A DNA stretch of 64,000 nucleotides from Neoconidiobolus thromboides FSU 785 (lineage: Eukaryota; Fungi; Entomophthoromycota): the NCBI GenBank assembly GCA_025603075.1, contig MU626358.1, positions 13,860 to 77,859 of the forward strand, given 5' to 3'. Shown here piece after piece: positions 12,938-25,405 of this stretch. The position numbers were made by a program, and so were the translations under genes. Numbering within the stretch: the stretch's first letter is position 1; the number at the start of each line of letters is the position of its first letter. Under the pieces are notes generated by a model, which was not told the DNA's origin, did not search any database, and worked only from the letters and a program-made list of their open reading frames with translations.

Positions 12938-13217
12938 ATATATTAAACAAAAGTAAAAAAATAATACATAATAAATATTTTAATAGTTTAAAAGATAAGG
13001 TAGTAGTTAAATTAATATTATATATATATTAAGTAGCTTTAAAAATATAACAAAAAATGGATTTATACAACATATGTGCTGAGTATACAGTTAAAAAAAA
13101 GCTATTTGAAAATACAATGAATACAGTATAAAAAACAAAGCAAAAATAAATAAATCTTTTAATAAAAAAAGGGCTATATAAATTATATGAATTTTGTATT
13201 AATACTAAAAAATATAT

Positions 13218-13316
13218 GGGGATGTATACTTTTGTTTAAAAAATTTACTAACAATCCTTCCGTTCAGATAGTACTTAAAAGATGAAAAAAGTGATGAAGC
13301 CAAAAAACATATCCCC
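13218..13316 (+). mobile_element. MITE-A copy 6
   Basis: Full-length match; ATAT flanks. Confidence 0.87.
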
Positions 13317-13855
13317 ATATAATTTATTCACATATTGTAACTTTGATTGATATTAATATATAGATTGTATTAGTAAAAGCCTTTCTAATCCAGGAATTTC
13401 CATAAACTATAATAAAAATTATGTTAACTTATAATGTAAATTGTAATAAAATAATAAAATAATGTTATTTATTGTTATCTTTGTTTAATAAACTATAATT
13501 AAATTTTTTTAATTTTTGTAAACTTTTTATGAACTTTATTAAATTCAATTTAATGAATTTCATATTATGGTACTTATTATAAATTTAATTTATACTATGT
13601 TATAATAAACGGTATTATTTTAATGTATTTTTTAGAGAAATTCTATTAAATTACTATTAAAAAAAGCTAATTGGGGAAACGAATTAAATAAATAAATACT
13701 TGGTTTTTTTATACTTATTTTACAGTATAACATGTGTTATACTACTGAATTTATTAGCTTTTTAGATTTTACTTAAAAAATTTGTAAATGAATTATTTAC
13801 TATCTATTATTTATTATTTATTATTTATTATTAATGAAATAAGCTTAAAATATAT

Positions 13856-13954
13856 GGTGGTGTATTTTTATGTCTGAGAATTTTATTAAGAATTTTTCTG
13901 CTCAAATAGTGCTTAAAAGATGGAAAAAGTGATGAAATCAAAAAAAGCATACTC
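13856..13954 (+). mobile_element. MITE-A copy 7 (left member of an inverted pair)
   Basis: Full-length match. Confidence 0.85.
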
Positions 13955-13986
13955 ATATTTAAAAACAAAATTATTTAAAAATATAT

Positions 13987-14084
13987 GGGGATGTTTTTTT
14001 TGGCTTCACTATTTTTTCCACTTTTAAGCGCTATTTAAATGGAAAATTTGTTAGTAAAATTCTCAAATACAAAAATACATCCCC
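13987..14084 (-). mobile_element. MITE-A copy 8 (right member of an inverted pair)
   Basis: Reverse-complement match; ATAT flanks. Confidence 0.87.
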
Positions 14085-14344
14085 ATATGCTAATGCTATG
14101 AGTTATATTAAATTATTTCTTAAATAATTATTTTGGGCTTTAAGTTTTTTAACTAAACTGTTTATATATACATTTATAATTATAAAAACCTGAGTTTTGT
14201 TATAAAAAACATTAATAAATATATAATTTATCAAATCAAATATATTTTAACTTATATATAATAAAAGCAGTTTAAAAGCTTTATATAAAATTATCCTATA
14301 TTTATTTAACATTTTCAAAAATAGTATAATTATTAATAATATAT

Positions 14345-14441
14345 GGGAATGTTTTTTTTGATTTCATTACCTTTCCATTTTTTAAACGCTATTTGAGTGG
14401 ATAAGTGCTAGTAAAATTCTCAAACACAAAAATACATCCCC
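14345..14441 (-). mobile_element. MITE-A copy 9
   Basis: Reverse-complement match; ATAT flanks. Confidence 0.87.
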
Positions 14442-14818
14442 ATATTGTTAATATTAAGAAAAAGTTCTATTTAAATTTGCATTATAAGTATTAAGTTAGC
14501 AATATTTAATTTACAATGCTATTTTTTTTTGATCAAAGTTATATTTGATTTTAATGTTTATCTATTAAATTCTATATTAAAATACTGTTTTTTGATTTAG
14601 TAATTTCGTACCAAAGTTTTTAAATTATGTGTTAGGTAATAAATGGACAAATTTTAGGAATCTGGATTAGGAATCTGGATTAGGAATTTGAGACCTTTTG
14701 AATTCCAGTATTTGTCTTACAAACTTTGTCCATTTTTAACTCATTTGAAAATTAGAAAAAAATAATGAAAATTATTCTAGTTGAAGACTTTCAACCTTAA
14801 TTATTTTAAAAAATACAA

Positions 14819-16512
14819 ATGAGTTTCGACCACTTTAGCAAACAAACAAAAGACATCAATGATATCAGAAAAGAAGATTTAGGATCTAATGAAATATTGG
14901 GAGATAATGAAAACATTAATGATGTTAGTAATGACAATGGAATAGAAAGTAACCTTATTAACTAAAAACAAATTTACTGAAGTTAATAATTGTTTAGATT
15001 GTATAGAGAAACAACAGGGTTTATCTAAAAATAAAGAATTAGAAAAAAATTATAGTGAAGACAATAAAGGTGAAAACGAAAGTAAAAAAAATAGAGTTAA
15101 TAAAATAGAAAGTAATTTACTTACAATAAATAAAAATGGTTGAATTTAATTAAGCAATTTGTAGAAATCAATGACGGTTTAAGCACAGATGATAGTAAAA
15201 CAGATTATTCCAGTTTAACAAGTTTGGCTTCAGATATAGAAGAAGAAAAAGAAATGATTAAAGAATTAAAAGAAGAAGATATTGATAAGATATTAGATAC
15301 TATCGATACTAGTTTTTTAAAACAAGCTTGGATTAAGTTGTTGAAAGGATTTTTAGAAAAGGTAAGAAATTTACTGTTTTTTAGCTGTTATTGATTGTTG
15401 ATTAATGAGAAATCAAATTAGATGAATTTAACTCAAACAGCTAAAGTATTTGAAACCGAATTATTAGTTGTACCTAAATTTATTTTAGATGATATATCAC
15501 CTAATTTAAATCAATTATTAAATGGGTTTAAGGTAAATTTGATATATATAAATCCGAATTGTTAAATGTTAAGCAAGAGTTCATTATAGGAAATTACCCA
15601 ATTAAATAGTATATTACAACAAGAAGAATGGAATAATGAACAAAGTAAATAGTGTTATGTTTGTTGTGTTGTTAAGGGTTTTTATTTATTTTTTTAGATC
15701 AAAAAAATAGTACTTTTGAACCTAAATCTAATGTTCAAATTAAAGCTGATGATGTAGAAGTAAGAATTTATATTAATAGAAAATAATAGAATAATAAAAC
15801 AAATGATAAATTATAGGTTAATAATCGAATTGAGACATTTATACAACATAAACGTAAAAGAGTGGATCAAAGTAATCGAGAAGAATTTTTAGAAAGCAGT
15901 AAAACATATTTAAATGAGAAGGGTAATTAGTTTAAATATTAAAATTATAAAATAAATTGTTTGATTTGACTATTTTAGGCTTTGAAGTCTCATGTGCCAG
16001 AACAGATGCAGCCAAAATTAATCGAAATTTACAAATGCGAGTTGATGTAGTTGTCAACAAAGATGGTCCATTGAAACAGACAGTAAATAAAGAAACAACT
16101 ATAGAAGTTAATGGAAACAGAAACAAAAGTATTAATTTAATAGAAAGAATCGAAAATTTAGAAGAGCATTTAAATTTGAAATATCAAGGTAAGTTGATAT
16201 TTTTAATATTTAGGATGAGGATTAATAAATTATTATAGGGAGTAATAAGAATGGAAATAATTGGAATTTAATAGATCGTATTATGGCAGTAGAATTAAAA
16301 ATCATGGAATTAGAAAGACAGTTACCTACGTGGTCAGCTCTCAATTTTAAACAACCAAATAGAAAAGTAACGATTTATTAGCTATTTATTTCTAATAATA
16401 ATTGATATTTATAATAAATTGTTAGTTCCCACCGCCACCACCAGTAACTTATGTATTAAAAGAAAAAGGACAAGTATTATTATCGTCTAAGCCTAATTCT
16501 AATGAAAACTAA
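14819..16512 (+). CDS. MBIP: MBIP-like protein with N-terminal acidic region and LisH-like motif, multi-exon
   Basis: Spliced segments VNNRIETFIQHKRKRVDQSNREEF, SCARTDA, VVNKDGP, ERIENLEEHL and DRIMAVELKIMELE match conserved MBIP blocks; WIKLLKGFLEKMNLTQTAKVFETE is LisH-like. Confidence 0.75.
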
Positions 16513-16702
16513 TTAATTATATTAAAAATATATTTGGTTTATAGATTTTATATACATATTTCATTTTCAACTTAATTACATTTATTTTTTAGCTATATAA
16601 AATTCATTAAATTGACCAATTAAAAAGATTTTCAATTATTAAATGAATTTTGAATAAAATTTCAATTTTAATTTTTTTAATAAATTTTTAAAATTCATAT
16701 TC

Positions 16703-18630
16703 ATGTCTTTAATAACAGATTCGGATTATTTAATCTATAAGTTGAAATTAACACAGTTGACCAATAATCAAAATAATTTATCAAAATTAATAAAAATTGA
16801 TAATAATAAAATAAAAGAGAATGATTATTTATTATTAGATACTTCAACTCATAATATTACTTACTCAACTTCTCCAGATATTATACCTTCATTGCCTTTT
16901 TCCCCAAAACCGTTGATTAATAAAAGATTTATTAGAAAAGAAGAATTCAATTTAAAAGAAGGAGATAAGTTAATAAATAATAAAAATTCAGATTCAACAA
17001 ATAACAATAATAATAATAATAATAATAATAATGATTTATTATCCGAAGAAGACGATGATGACGATGATATTGATTTAGATTATGACGAAGTTAATCAAGA
17101 GTAATAATAATATTTAATAATATTTAAAAAATAATTAACCCTTTTAATTTTAATATTAATATAGTATTAAGCCCAAACATATATTTAAGGAAGCTCCTCA
17201 GAATTCACTAAAACCTAAAAATTTAAATAGGAAATTTTCAGGTGCTAATTTGGCTGCAAGTAATGCTTTATTACCCCCAGCTATACCACGACCAAAATCA
17301 AGAATGAGGTCGTTATCCAGTTCTTCCTTAGCTAATGGAGAAACAAAAGAAATAACTAATACTTCAACATCACCATTAAAATTTAATACAACATTAAAAC
17401 TTCAACAACGTAAAACAAATGTCCCAATATCTTTATTGAGTAAAATGTTAAAAGTAAATTCCAATAGTTTACAAAATCCATTTCTTAATGATTATGGTGG
17501 ATTTACTGGTAAAGGAGAGCAAAATCCAATAAATTTAAATATTTATTTACCTAATTCAAATGAGCCTTTAACTCCCCTTAAAGTTTGTGTCAAGAGAAAC
17601 GCTACAGTGGAGCAGGTTATTGGCTATTCATTATACTTATATTTTGATTTAAAAATGGAACCAGAGTTAGAAGAGCATCTGTATTTGATTTGTAACTGGA
17701 CAATGTTGATTGCTGAAGATGATGGTACTATTGATGAAGATTTTCCAGGTAAAATTGTTATCAATATTATTTATTTAATAGTTTAATTTTGAATTATTAG
17801 CTTTAGAAAGAACACGACAAATTGAAAAATTTGCATTTGATTGTTTTGCATTATGTCAAGTACCTTCAAATCAATTAAAATACCCAGAAGTTAAATTAAG
17901 TCAAGAGGTTCAAAAAAATAAAGCATCGCCTAATATGGAAGTTAAATCATTATCTAATGAACTCAATAGTAATAATAATAATAATTCACAAGAAAATCAT
18001 CAGTTAATTAAAATACAATTATTTAATCAAAAAGGAGCATTACATACAACAACATTAAATATAGGTTCAAATACAACTCTATATTCAGTTCAACAAATTG
18101 TATGTAAAAAATGGAATTTAGAATTAATGGATTATGAATTAACATCTACTCAAGCTAAACATCCATTAGAACAACAAGCTACGTTAGAATCTTTATTAGG
18201 TATTACCGAATTATCTTTGATTCGAAAAAATGTTATATCAAAAGATAGCAATTCTATATTACCATTTACACCTCAATCAGCAGCAGCTAATATTTATAAA
18301 AAGTATATAGTATTAAGAAGAATGCCTATGTTTGTAAATAAACAAGAAAGAGTATTAATTATTGATGGATATTATATTTATTTACTAATTAGTGAAGGTA
18401 ATGTGGGCAAATTTGGTATGGATGTTTTAGCTAAAAATTCATCATATCATGTGAGTTCTTTAATGAGTTGTAGACAATCAAATAAAGTTAGAAGAAGAGT
18501 TAAAATTACATTTAATAGATCTCATGATCATAAAATTTATGACCTGGAAACAGAATCACCCGAGGTTGCTGAAGAAATTGTAACAAATTTACTGTTTTTA
18601 AAAGATTGTTTAAAAAACGATAGGAATTAA
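16703..18630 (+). CDS. SIN1: TORC2 subunit Sin1/Avo1
   Basis: N-terminal MSLITDSDYLIYKLKL, CRIM domain (ATVEQVIGYSLYLY, AEDDGTIDEDFPALERTRQIEKFAFDCFAL), RBD-like region and C-terminal PH domain (YKKYIVLRRMPM...ERVLIIDGYYIY). Confidence 0.92.
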
Positions 18631-19026
18631 CTAGTGAAAGATTAAATAAATGTTTTATTAAATGCGGAGTAAATTATAATTGTTCGTTTGGCTGGGCCAA
18701 AATAAAAAATAAAAAATAAAAAATAAACATTTATTTATTTTATTATTTTATTATTTTATTATTAATAAATTGCTTTCTTATACTACATTTGAAGTATAAT
18801 AAGCACCTACCATCATAGCTAGTAATACTAAAGTAATTGTTAAGGTAGTATTAGATTGTAATTGTTGCTTATTGTATTGATTAAAACCAATTAATAATCG
18901 ATTTTTTAATATGGAATAATTTAAAATAAATTCTTGTTTACTTGATAATGATAAAAATTCATTAAAATTTAATATTGCAGAACTAGAATAATTATATATT
19001 TAATTAATATATTAATAGGAATAAAC

Positions 19027-20422
19027 TTACTTTTGATTTAATATCAATTCATTGTAATTATTATTTATTAACTGATCAAATGGTAATTGTTGATATAATA
19101 AGCTTGTTTTACTTATTAACTCTTCAATATCGATTATATTGTTATTATCGTTGTTACTATTTGTTATATTTTTCATTAAATTAGTTAAATAAGTATGTAC
19201 AATTGGCATATCCGGCTCTAAATTTAAAATTTCATTTCTATAATGAAGTATTAACTAACAATAATATAAATAATGTTTGATTAATTTTTATAATGTAATT
19301 AATTTACCACACAAGCTAAGTAAATTGGCATTTCAGGTGATGTTGCTAAATAAAAATCTAATAATCTAGAACATAAATTCCAATCTTTAATATCATGACA
19401 TCCCCATGTAATTAGCCAACTTAAAGCAAAATAATTTGGAATTTCTAAACTAAAATAATAATCAATATGTTATTATACTATTGTTATTATTTCCTATTGT
19501 TTTTTTTACTTACTCTGTTATAAAATTATATAATTGTTGATCTTTTAATTTTAATAATTCAAATAAACAATTTAGTTGTTTTTTAACGGGTATTAAATCA
19601 ATACCCATATAGTCTAATAAATAATAATAACTTAAATGATAGATAGATTTGATACTATTTCTAATAATAAAATTATTATTATTATTATTATTATCAATTG
19701 ATACTCACTTTGGTCCTAAATTTAATAAAATTACGCTCGCAATGTCATGAAATCCCTATAAAATAAATATCAACTATTAAATTTAACTCTACTTTAATTT
19801 ACTTGATAATAATTTAATAAGGGTTCCATTTTGAATAATTTAATCAATAAAACTTCCAATTGTTTTTTTAATACTTCTCTTTCACTACTTGTTATATCTG
19901 TCAAAAATCAATCATTAATGCTTTTATACAACTATTTTATTATAAATAAATTGAAATTCATTACCTTGATTAAATTGAGTAAAACTTCTTTCAACATCTA
20001 GTTTAATTTGTTCGTCAAATGGACTTTTAATATCTTTAAGTGAAATAAAAAATATTTTTAATTTTTAAATCCAGATTTATAACCTTCTATCTTACTTTTA
20101 TCATAACTTAATTTGGGTATATGATTAACTTTTAATAACAAAGGCCTATTAAATAATCCATTTTAATTAACTAACTTTGATTCATTAAAACTACTTATTA
20201 AACTTACCAAACTCTACTTCTATTTTTTTTATTTAATAACCCTCCTTTTTTTATAGCCAAATTCTTTAATTCTTGTACATCAACTAGTTTTATTGAGTCC
20301 AAAATCTCCATTTGTTTTTGTTTGTATTCCTTTAATTCTTGGTAATCGCCAGAATTTAATATTGATTTTGTAGTCAGAGGCTTCTTTTTTTTGCTTTCTT
20401 TTCTTGAAGTTGTGATCGTCAT
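19027..20422 (-). CDS. GYP8: TBC-domain Rab GAP (Gyp8/TBC1D20-like), multi-exon
   Basis: LKNLAIKKGGLLNKKNRSRVW, DEQIKLDVERS, QGFHDIASV, YFALSWLITW, RLLDFYLATSPEMPIYLAC. Confidence 0.88.
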
Positions 20423-21051
20423 TAATGTTTTAAAAGTGCTAAAAATAATAAAGGAATTTAATATTTGTATTTTTTATAAAATATAAATATAGTTTGCTTC
20501 TCACTTTTTATAAAAAACAAGCTGGTTTTTATTATTAATCAAAAAGAATACGAAGATAAAATTGAAATTGATAAGTTTCTATATTAAATGTTACTTAAAA
20601 AAATGGCTATTATCTTTATTATAAAGTTAAACATACTTATTCCTTTATATAGTTTTGTTTACTCTCCCTTACTCCTGTCTAATCATTAACAGTTTTATTA
20701 CGTGGTTTCATTCAATAGGCTGTGTTAAAAATTTCATTTTAAATTATTAGTTTTAAAATGAACAACTGCTTTTTATTAAATGTTAGCAAATTGAAAAGGC
20801 AAAATAAAACTCGATAAAACAAAGTGAAAGGAATTAGGATAGTTCTATATTATAATATTAAGTGAAATAAGCATAAGTAAAAAAAGTCAAAATATTTCAA
20901 TTAAAGATTGAAACTTTGAATATTTCAAATTGAAACAATTCCATTGATTAATTTTGAGTTTTTTGTAAACCAGATCTAGTTTATTTGATGTTTTGATTAA
21001 TTTGAATTGATTGCCACATCTATTTTTAAGAAGTTACAAGTTTAAGTCATA

Positions 21052-22236
21052 ATGGAAGAAGTAACAAACAATGAGTACATTAAGTCATTAATGGATAATA
21101 ATAATTATATGTTTGATATAATAAGTGTAGCAACTAAAAATCAAATATGGGAATTAAAAATAGTTCAAAAAAAGGGTACCAAGGAAGTAGGAAAAGATTT
21201 AAACATCAGTAATAAAGCTGTAAGATATACTATTGGCTCAGAAATATTTCGATTGAGAAAGGCTGTGCATGAGGAAAATGTAAACGTAGAAGATGAGATT
21301 AAATTAAAAAATTTATACGATGAAAGGATTAAAAAAATAAATGAAAAGATCAAAAAAGAGTTGTGTAAATTAGTAATTGAACAGGTAGTAAATATAGAAG
21401 CAGCAGCTGAACAATTATCGATTGGTTGTGGGATTGCTAAATACATTATTTATCAACAAAAAAAGATATCAATGAAAGGTAAAGATACAAGAGAAGTCCA
21501 TCAAAAGAAGGATATTAAATTAAAAGAAAAAATTAAACAAATCTATAATAGTATTAGTGAAAAGGCTAAGCATCAAGTATGGGAATTAGCAATTGTTCAA
21601 AGGAAGCGTATGGAAGAAATGGAAAGGGAACTATGCTTTTGTAATAAACTTATACTTTATATACTTCTTGAAGAATTACAACGACTAAAAAAAGCAATAA
21701 TTGATGGAAACATAAGTATCGAAGATGAGATAAAATACAAAAGGGTAATTGATCAAGATTCTAGAAAGTTAAATGATGATTCTAGAAAAAAGTTATGGGA
21801 ATTAGTAATTGTACAAGGACTATCTTGTAAAGAAGCAGGTAAAGAATTGTCTATTGCTTGTGATATTGTTGAGTATGTTATTTATCAACAAAAAAAGGAA
21901 TTGACAGAAGTTAATGAAGTAAGAGAAGTCAAACAAGATGGAGATAGTAAATCGAAAGGAAGGATCGCTCAAAGTTATAATAAAATAAGCAATGATAATA
22001 AGAAAAAGTTATTTGAAGTAGTGAATAATCAGCAAATGAGTTTAAAAGAAGCAGCAGAAAAATTTTGTATCAAATATAGTACAGCTGGAACCATTATATT
22101 TAATGAAAGAAAGAGATTGAGAGAAGCTACAAAAGTAGGGGAAGTGAACATTAAAGATAATAAAGCCAATGAATCAGTGAATATAAAAGATAGTCAAAAG
22201 TTTATTAAATTAAATAACAAAGTTAAAGAAGCTTAA
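21052..22236 (+). CDS. Intronless protein made of five tandem helix-turn-helix units (transposase N-terminal/Psq-like HTH), no catalytic domain
   Basis: 394-aa ORF with five units like YNKISNDNKKKLFEVVNNQQMSLKEAAEKFCIKYSTAGTII, arranged A-B-A-B-A; no DDE motif visible. Confidence 0.7.
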   Translation: MEEVTNNEYIKSLMDNNNYMFDIISVATKNQIWELKIVQKKGTKEVGKDLNISNKAVRYTIGSEIFRLRKAVHEENVNVEDEIKLKNLYDERIKKINEKIKKELCKLVIEQVVNIEAAAEQLSIGCGIAKYIIYQQKKISMKGKDTREVHQKKDIKLKEKIKQIYNSISEKAKHQVWELAIVQRKRMEEMERELCFCNKLILYILLEELQRLKKAIIDGNISIEDEIKYKRVIDQDSRKLNDDSRKKLWELVIVQGLSCKEAGKELSIACDIVEYVIYQQKKELTEVNEVREVKQDGDSKSKGRIAQSYNKISNDNKKKLFEVVNNQQMSLKEAAEKFCIKYSTAGTIIFNERKRLREATKVGEVNIKDNKANESVNIKDSQKFIKLNNKVKEA

Positions 22237-22909
22237 TAATTAATGATAAGGGGTTATCGAAATGTACACAAATAAAATAGCAGCATAGTTCCTATCAATT
22301 ATTTTGAAATAAATGTATATAAAAGGTTATTAAAACAAAGTATAAAATCCATAAAATAGGATTTATTTTTGTGTTTGTGTAATTTTAATTAATGTGTAGT
22401 TTTAATGTGCTAATTTTCAATCAGTTTTATAAAAATTATTTTTATTTTTGAATTGATTTTCTATTTTATTCTCACTCTGAATGTGAATTTTCTTTCTTCT
22501 TTGTATTTAAGCTGTTCTCAAAGTACGATTAATTTATCTACATTATCATCATTACTTGTGCTGTATAGACTTTGAGTTATGATATCAACAAACTACACTA
22601 AAAATCTATTAAAACCTTGCTATTTACTGTTCCCTTGGGTGAATGTTAAGAGCTTTTATTTAAAGAATTACTTCATATCTATCACTAGATTCAAAATATC
22701 CTTATTACAGTAAATTTTTTAACATGGATTTGACGCTGATAATTAATGCAATTAGCAAAGTTCTTTTATAATACTTTACTTCCTTGCTTCTCAACTGTAG
22801 TGGTTTAAAAAATTCTTCAAACCGTGTCTTTCATTTGAACAAATAATCTAAAAATCATATTTCTAGAAACAAGTTTATAATTTTAAATTTTTTAACATAG
22901 ATTAGATAT

Positions 22910-23005
22910 GGGGATGTATTTTTTGTTCAAGAATTTTACTAATAATCTTTCCGCTCAAATAATATTTAAAAATAGAGAAAGTGATAAAATCAAAAAAACA
23001 CCCTC
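22910..23005 (+). mobile_element. MITE-A copy 10
   Basis: Full-length match upstream of the HSBP1-like gene. Confidence 0.85.
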
Positions 23006-23233
23006 ACGTGTTGTTTTAAAAGCAGAAAACTAATATTCAGGTTTGTTTTAACGCCAAAGTTGCTTGTCACTTCTAAATTATTATTTACTTTGATTTCACC
23101 TGTCCATCTCTCTAAGAATGCTTCTTACATCGTTTTTTATTCTTATTTCCTCTTAAATCATTTAGTTTCATTTTATTTTAAAGAATTTTTAATTGTAGTA
23201 CTTGAGATTTTTTTATAAAATTGAAAGTTAAAA

Positions 23234-23620
23234 ATGGATCAAGAAAATCAAAAAAATGAAGAAACAACAACTGCATTTAGATCCCATCAGGATTTTCACG
23301 TTAAAGTAAACAGATTGATATTAAGTATTGAAATTAGTAGAGTATTAACCCTTAATAACTAGGTAGAAGACGGGCTCAAGAACTTGGTAATGAAATTAAG
23401 ATTAATTAAATCAAGATTACTAATCGATCCTCAATTTGTAGCAACATAAGATCATGGATATGAATACAAATATACAAACTAAATGTAAGTTTTGTTTAAT
23501 TTTTATTGAGCTTATATTTAAGATGATTCTTCCTTTATAGTACAAGAGATGGAATCTAGATTACATTATTTGGAAAATATTTATAAAGAAAATCAACCAA
23601 AAGCTGAAGAACAACAATAG
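23234..23620 (+). CDS. HSBP1: HSBP1-like small coiled-coil protein (4 exons); not in ORF track
   Basis: Spliced: MDQENQKNEETTTAFRSHQDFHVK-VEDGLKNL-QHKIMDMNTNIQTK-LQEMESRLHYLENIYKENQPKAEEQQ*; heptad pattern matches heat shock factor binding protein 1. Confidence 0.65.
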
Positions 23621-24182
23621 AGTAATCTTCATATGATAAAATTCATTAAAGGCTCTTTATATTTTTAATGCACTTTGATAACGATTGGCTGAGAATTTTA
23701 ATTATTAAAGCTATTATTTTGAAGTTAAGAATTTTTTTAATGATTTTATGATAAATAATATTGAGACCTTATAGTTGTATTTTTTATTGAAACTGTAATC
23801 TGTTTAATAAATACATATTATCATTCTCTAATTTATTTGAATATTTTCAATTACGTAACAGCATCAATTCAATATTAGTCTAAACAATCTAATAAAGTCA
23901 TAGTAAAGTTTTAGTCTTATTACTTTATATCTCTCTTAGCCATACTAATAATGGAATATTATTGGTCTACATCAATATAATATTATTCTTGTTTAATGGG
24001 ATACTATATATATAACTACTGTAGAATAACATCAAAACTTTTAGATAAATCGCAATAATAAAGCTATAACCTCAAGGACAGGAAAGCTACAAACACAGCA
24101 CAAAAAAGCACTTATCATTCAATTTTAAAAAACAACAATAAATTAATAACTCACAATAGTTAAAAACAAAATTTATTCAAAC

Positions 24183-24581
24183 TTAAGCTAATAAAGCTTT
24201 AACTTTAGAAGCACCTGAAGAAGAGGTAAAATCATCACAACCACCGATATGTTGACCTTTAACGAACACATTTGGTACAGTACGCTGTTTAGTTAAATCT
24301 AATAAATAAGATTGGATTTCACTACCGTCATCTACAATTTAAATTTAAAAACTAAAATAGCAAATTAATATTCCAACTTACCACGGGTATCTAATTCAAT
24401 TACTTCAACAGGAGCTCCGAGGGTGCTAGCGAATTGCTTGGCCTTGGTACAGTATGGGCAGTAGGTCTTAGAGAAGATCTATAGCGTGTAATTAAGATTA
24501 ATAGTTTACTATAAAAATAATAAAACTTACAACAATAGTACCACTTGAAATAGCACGATCAACAAGAGCTTTGACGGACAT
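24183..24581 (-). CDS. GRX1: Dithiol glutaredoxin (3 exons); not in ORF track
   Basis: IFSKTYCPYC active site, QRTVPNVFVKGQHIGGCDD. Confidence 0.95.
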
Positions 24582-25159
24582 CTGAGAGTGTGTTAGTACT
24601 TACATTATTTTATCTTTTTATTTTACTTTTACTTTTATTTATTCAATTATTACAAATTAATAAAGCTTATTAACAAAGTTAATTTTTTCTTTAAATACTT
24701 GGAAGTTGATGCTTAGGTCATTATGAATTGTAGCCAATTAATTTCGATTAGTAATTGAATTTAGGATAAACTTTAGGTATTGCTCAAAATGGAAGGATTA
24801 TTATCACAAAAGTTTAAAATAAGGTAAAGATTTCAAATTTTGGAATGTTAGTATTTTGTTGAGTTTTATTAAGCTATGTTTAGTTTGTAGTTTATTTTTA
24901 CTGATTGCTGTAAGATGAGCTATATATGTTGAAATGAATATTATAGTATTAAGTGATTTATATGAAAAACAATAATAAATATTGTATAAAATAATACAAA
25001 AAACATATAACTATGAAACAAACGATCCATCCAAGTAGCTATTTGAATAATCTCAAAAAAACATTAGCAACGCATAAAGTAAAATATAAGCTTGAAATAA
25101 AAAAGTAAAAATACTCAATACTAGCTCTTTCAATAACATTTTTAGTAAATTAAATGTAC

Positions 25160-25405
25160 TCAGCTTGATGACAATATTTTAACTTTGTTTCTATTCTTGC
25201 TCAGGGGTAAATCATCATATGCACCAATACTTATACCTTTAACAAATACACTTTGTACAGCGTTTTGTTTAGTTAAACCTAATTAATAGGAATCAATTTC
25301 ATTACTACCATTTATCAATTAGAAATTTTAAAAAAGCTAAACAGATCAAAAGATATTTTGACTTACTACAAGTACCTAACTCAATCGCTCTAATAAAGAC
25401 ATTAA
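25160..25405 (-). pseudogene. Degenerate glutaredoxin paralog (end of exon 2, intron, exon 3)
   Basis: IELGTC-intron-GSNEIDSY*LGLTKQNAVQSVFVKGISIGAYDD aligns to the neighbouring GRX exon 3 with the same intron position; premature TAA; no CPYC exon found. Confidence 0.75.

Noticed and set aside
11582-14441. Repeat-spacer-repeat look of the MITE cluster (CRISPR-like)
   Set aside because: Repeats are ~97 bp, in mixed orientations, with irregular 32-400 bp gaps; no cas genes; eukaryotic context.
22421-22560. ATGATGA...CTGA on the minus strand as a possible C/D snoRNA
   Set aside because: No rRNA-complementary guide, no host intron, and long spacing.
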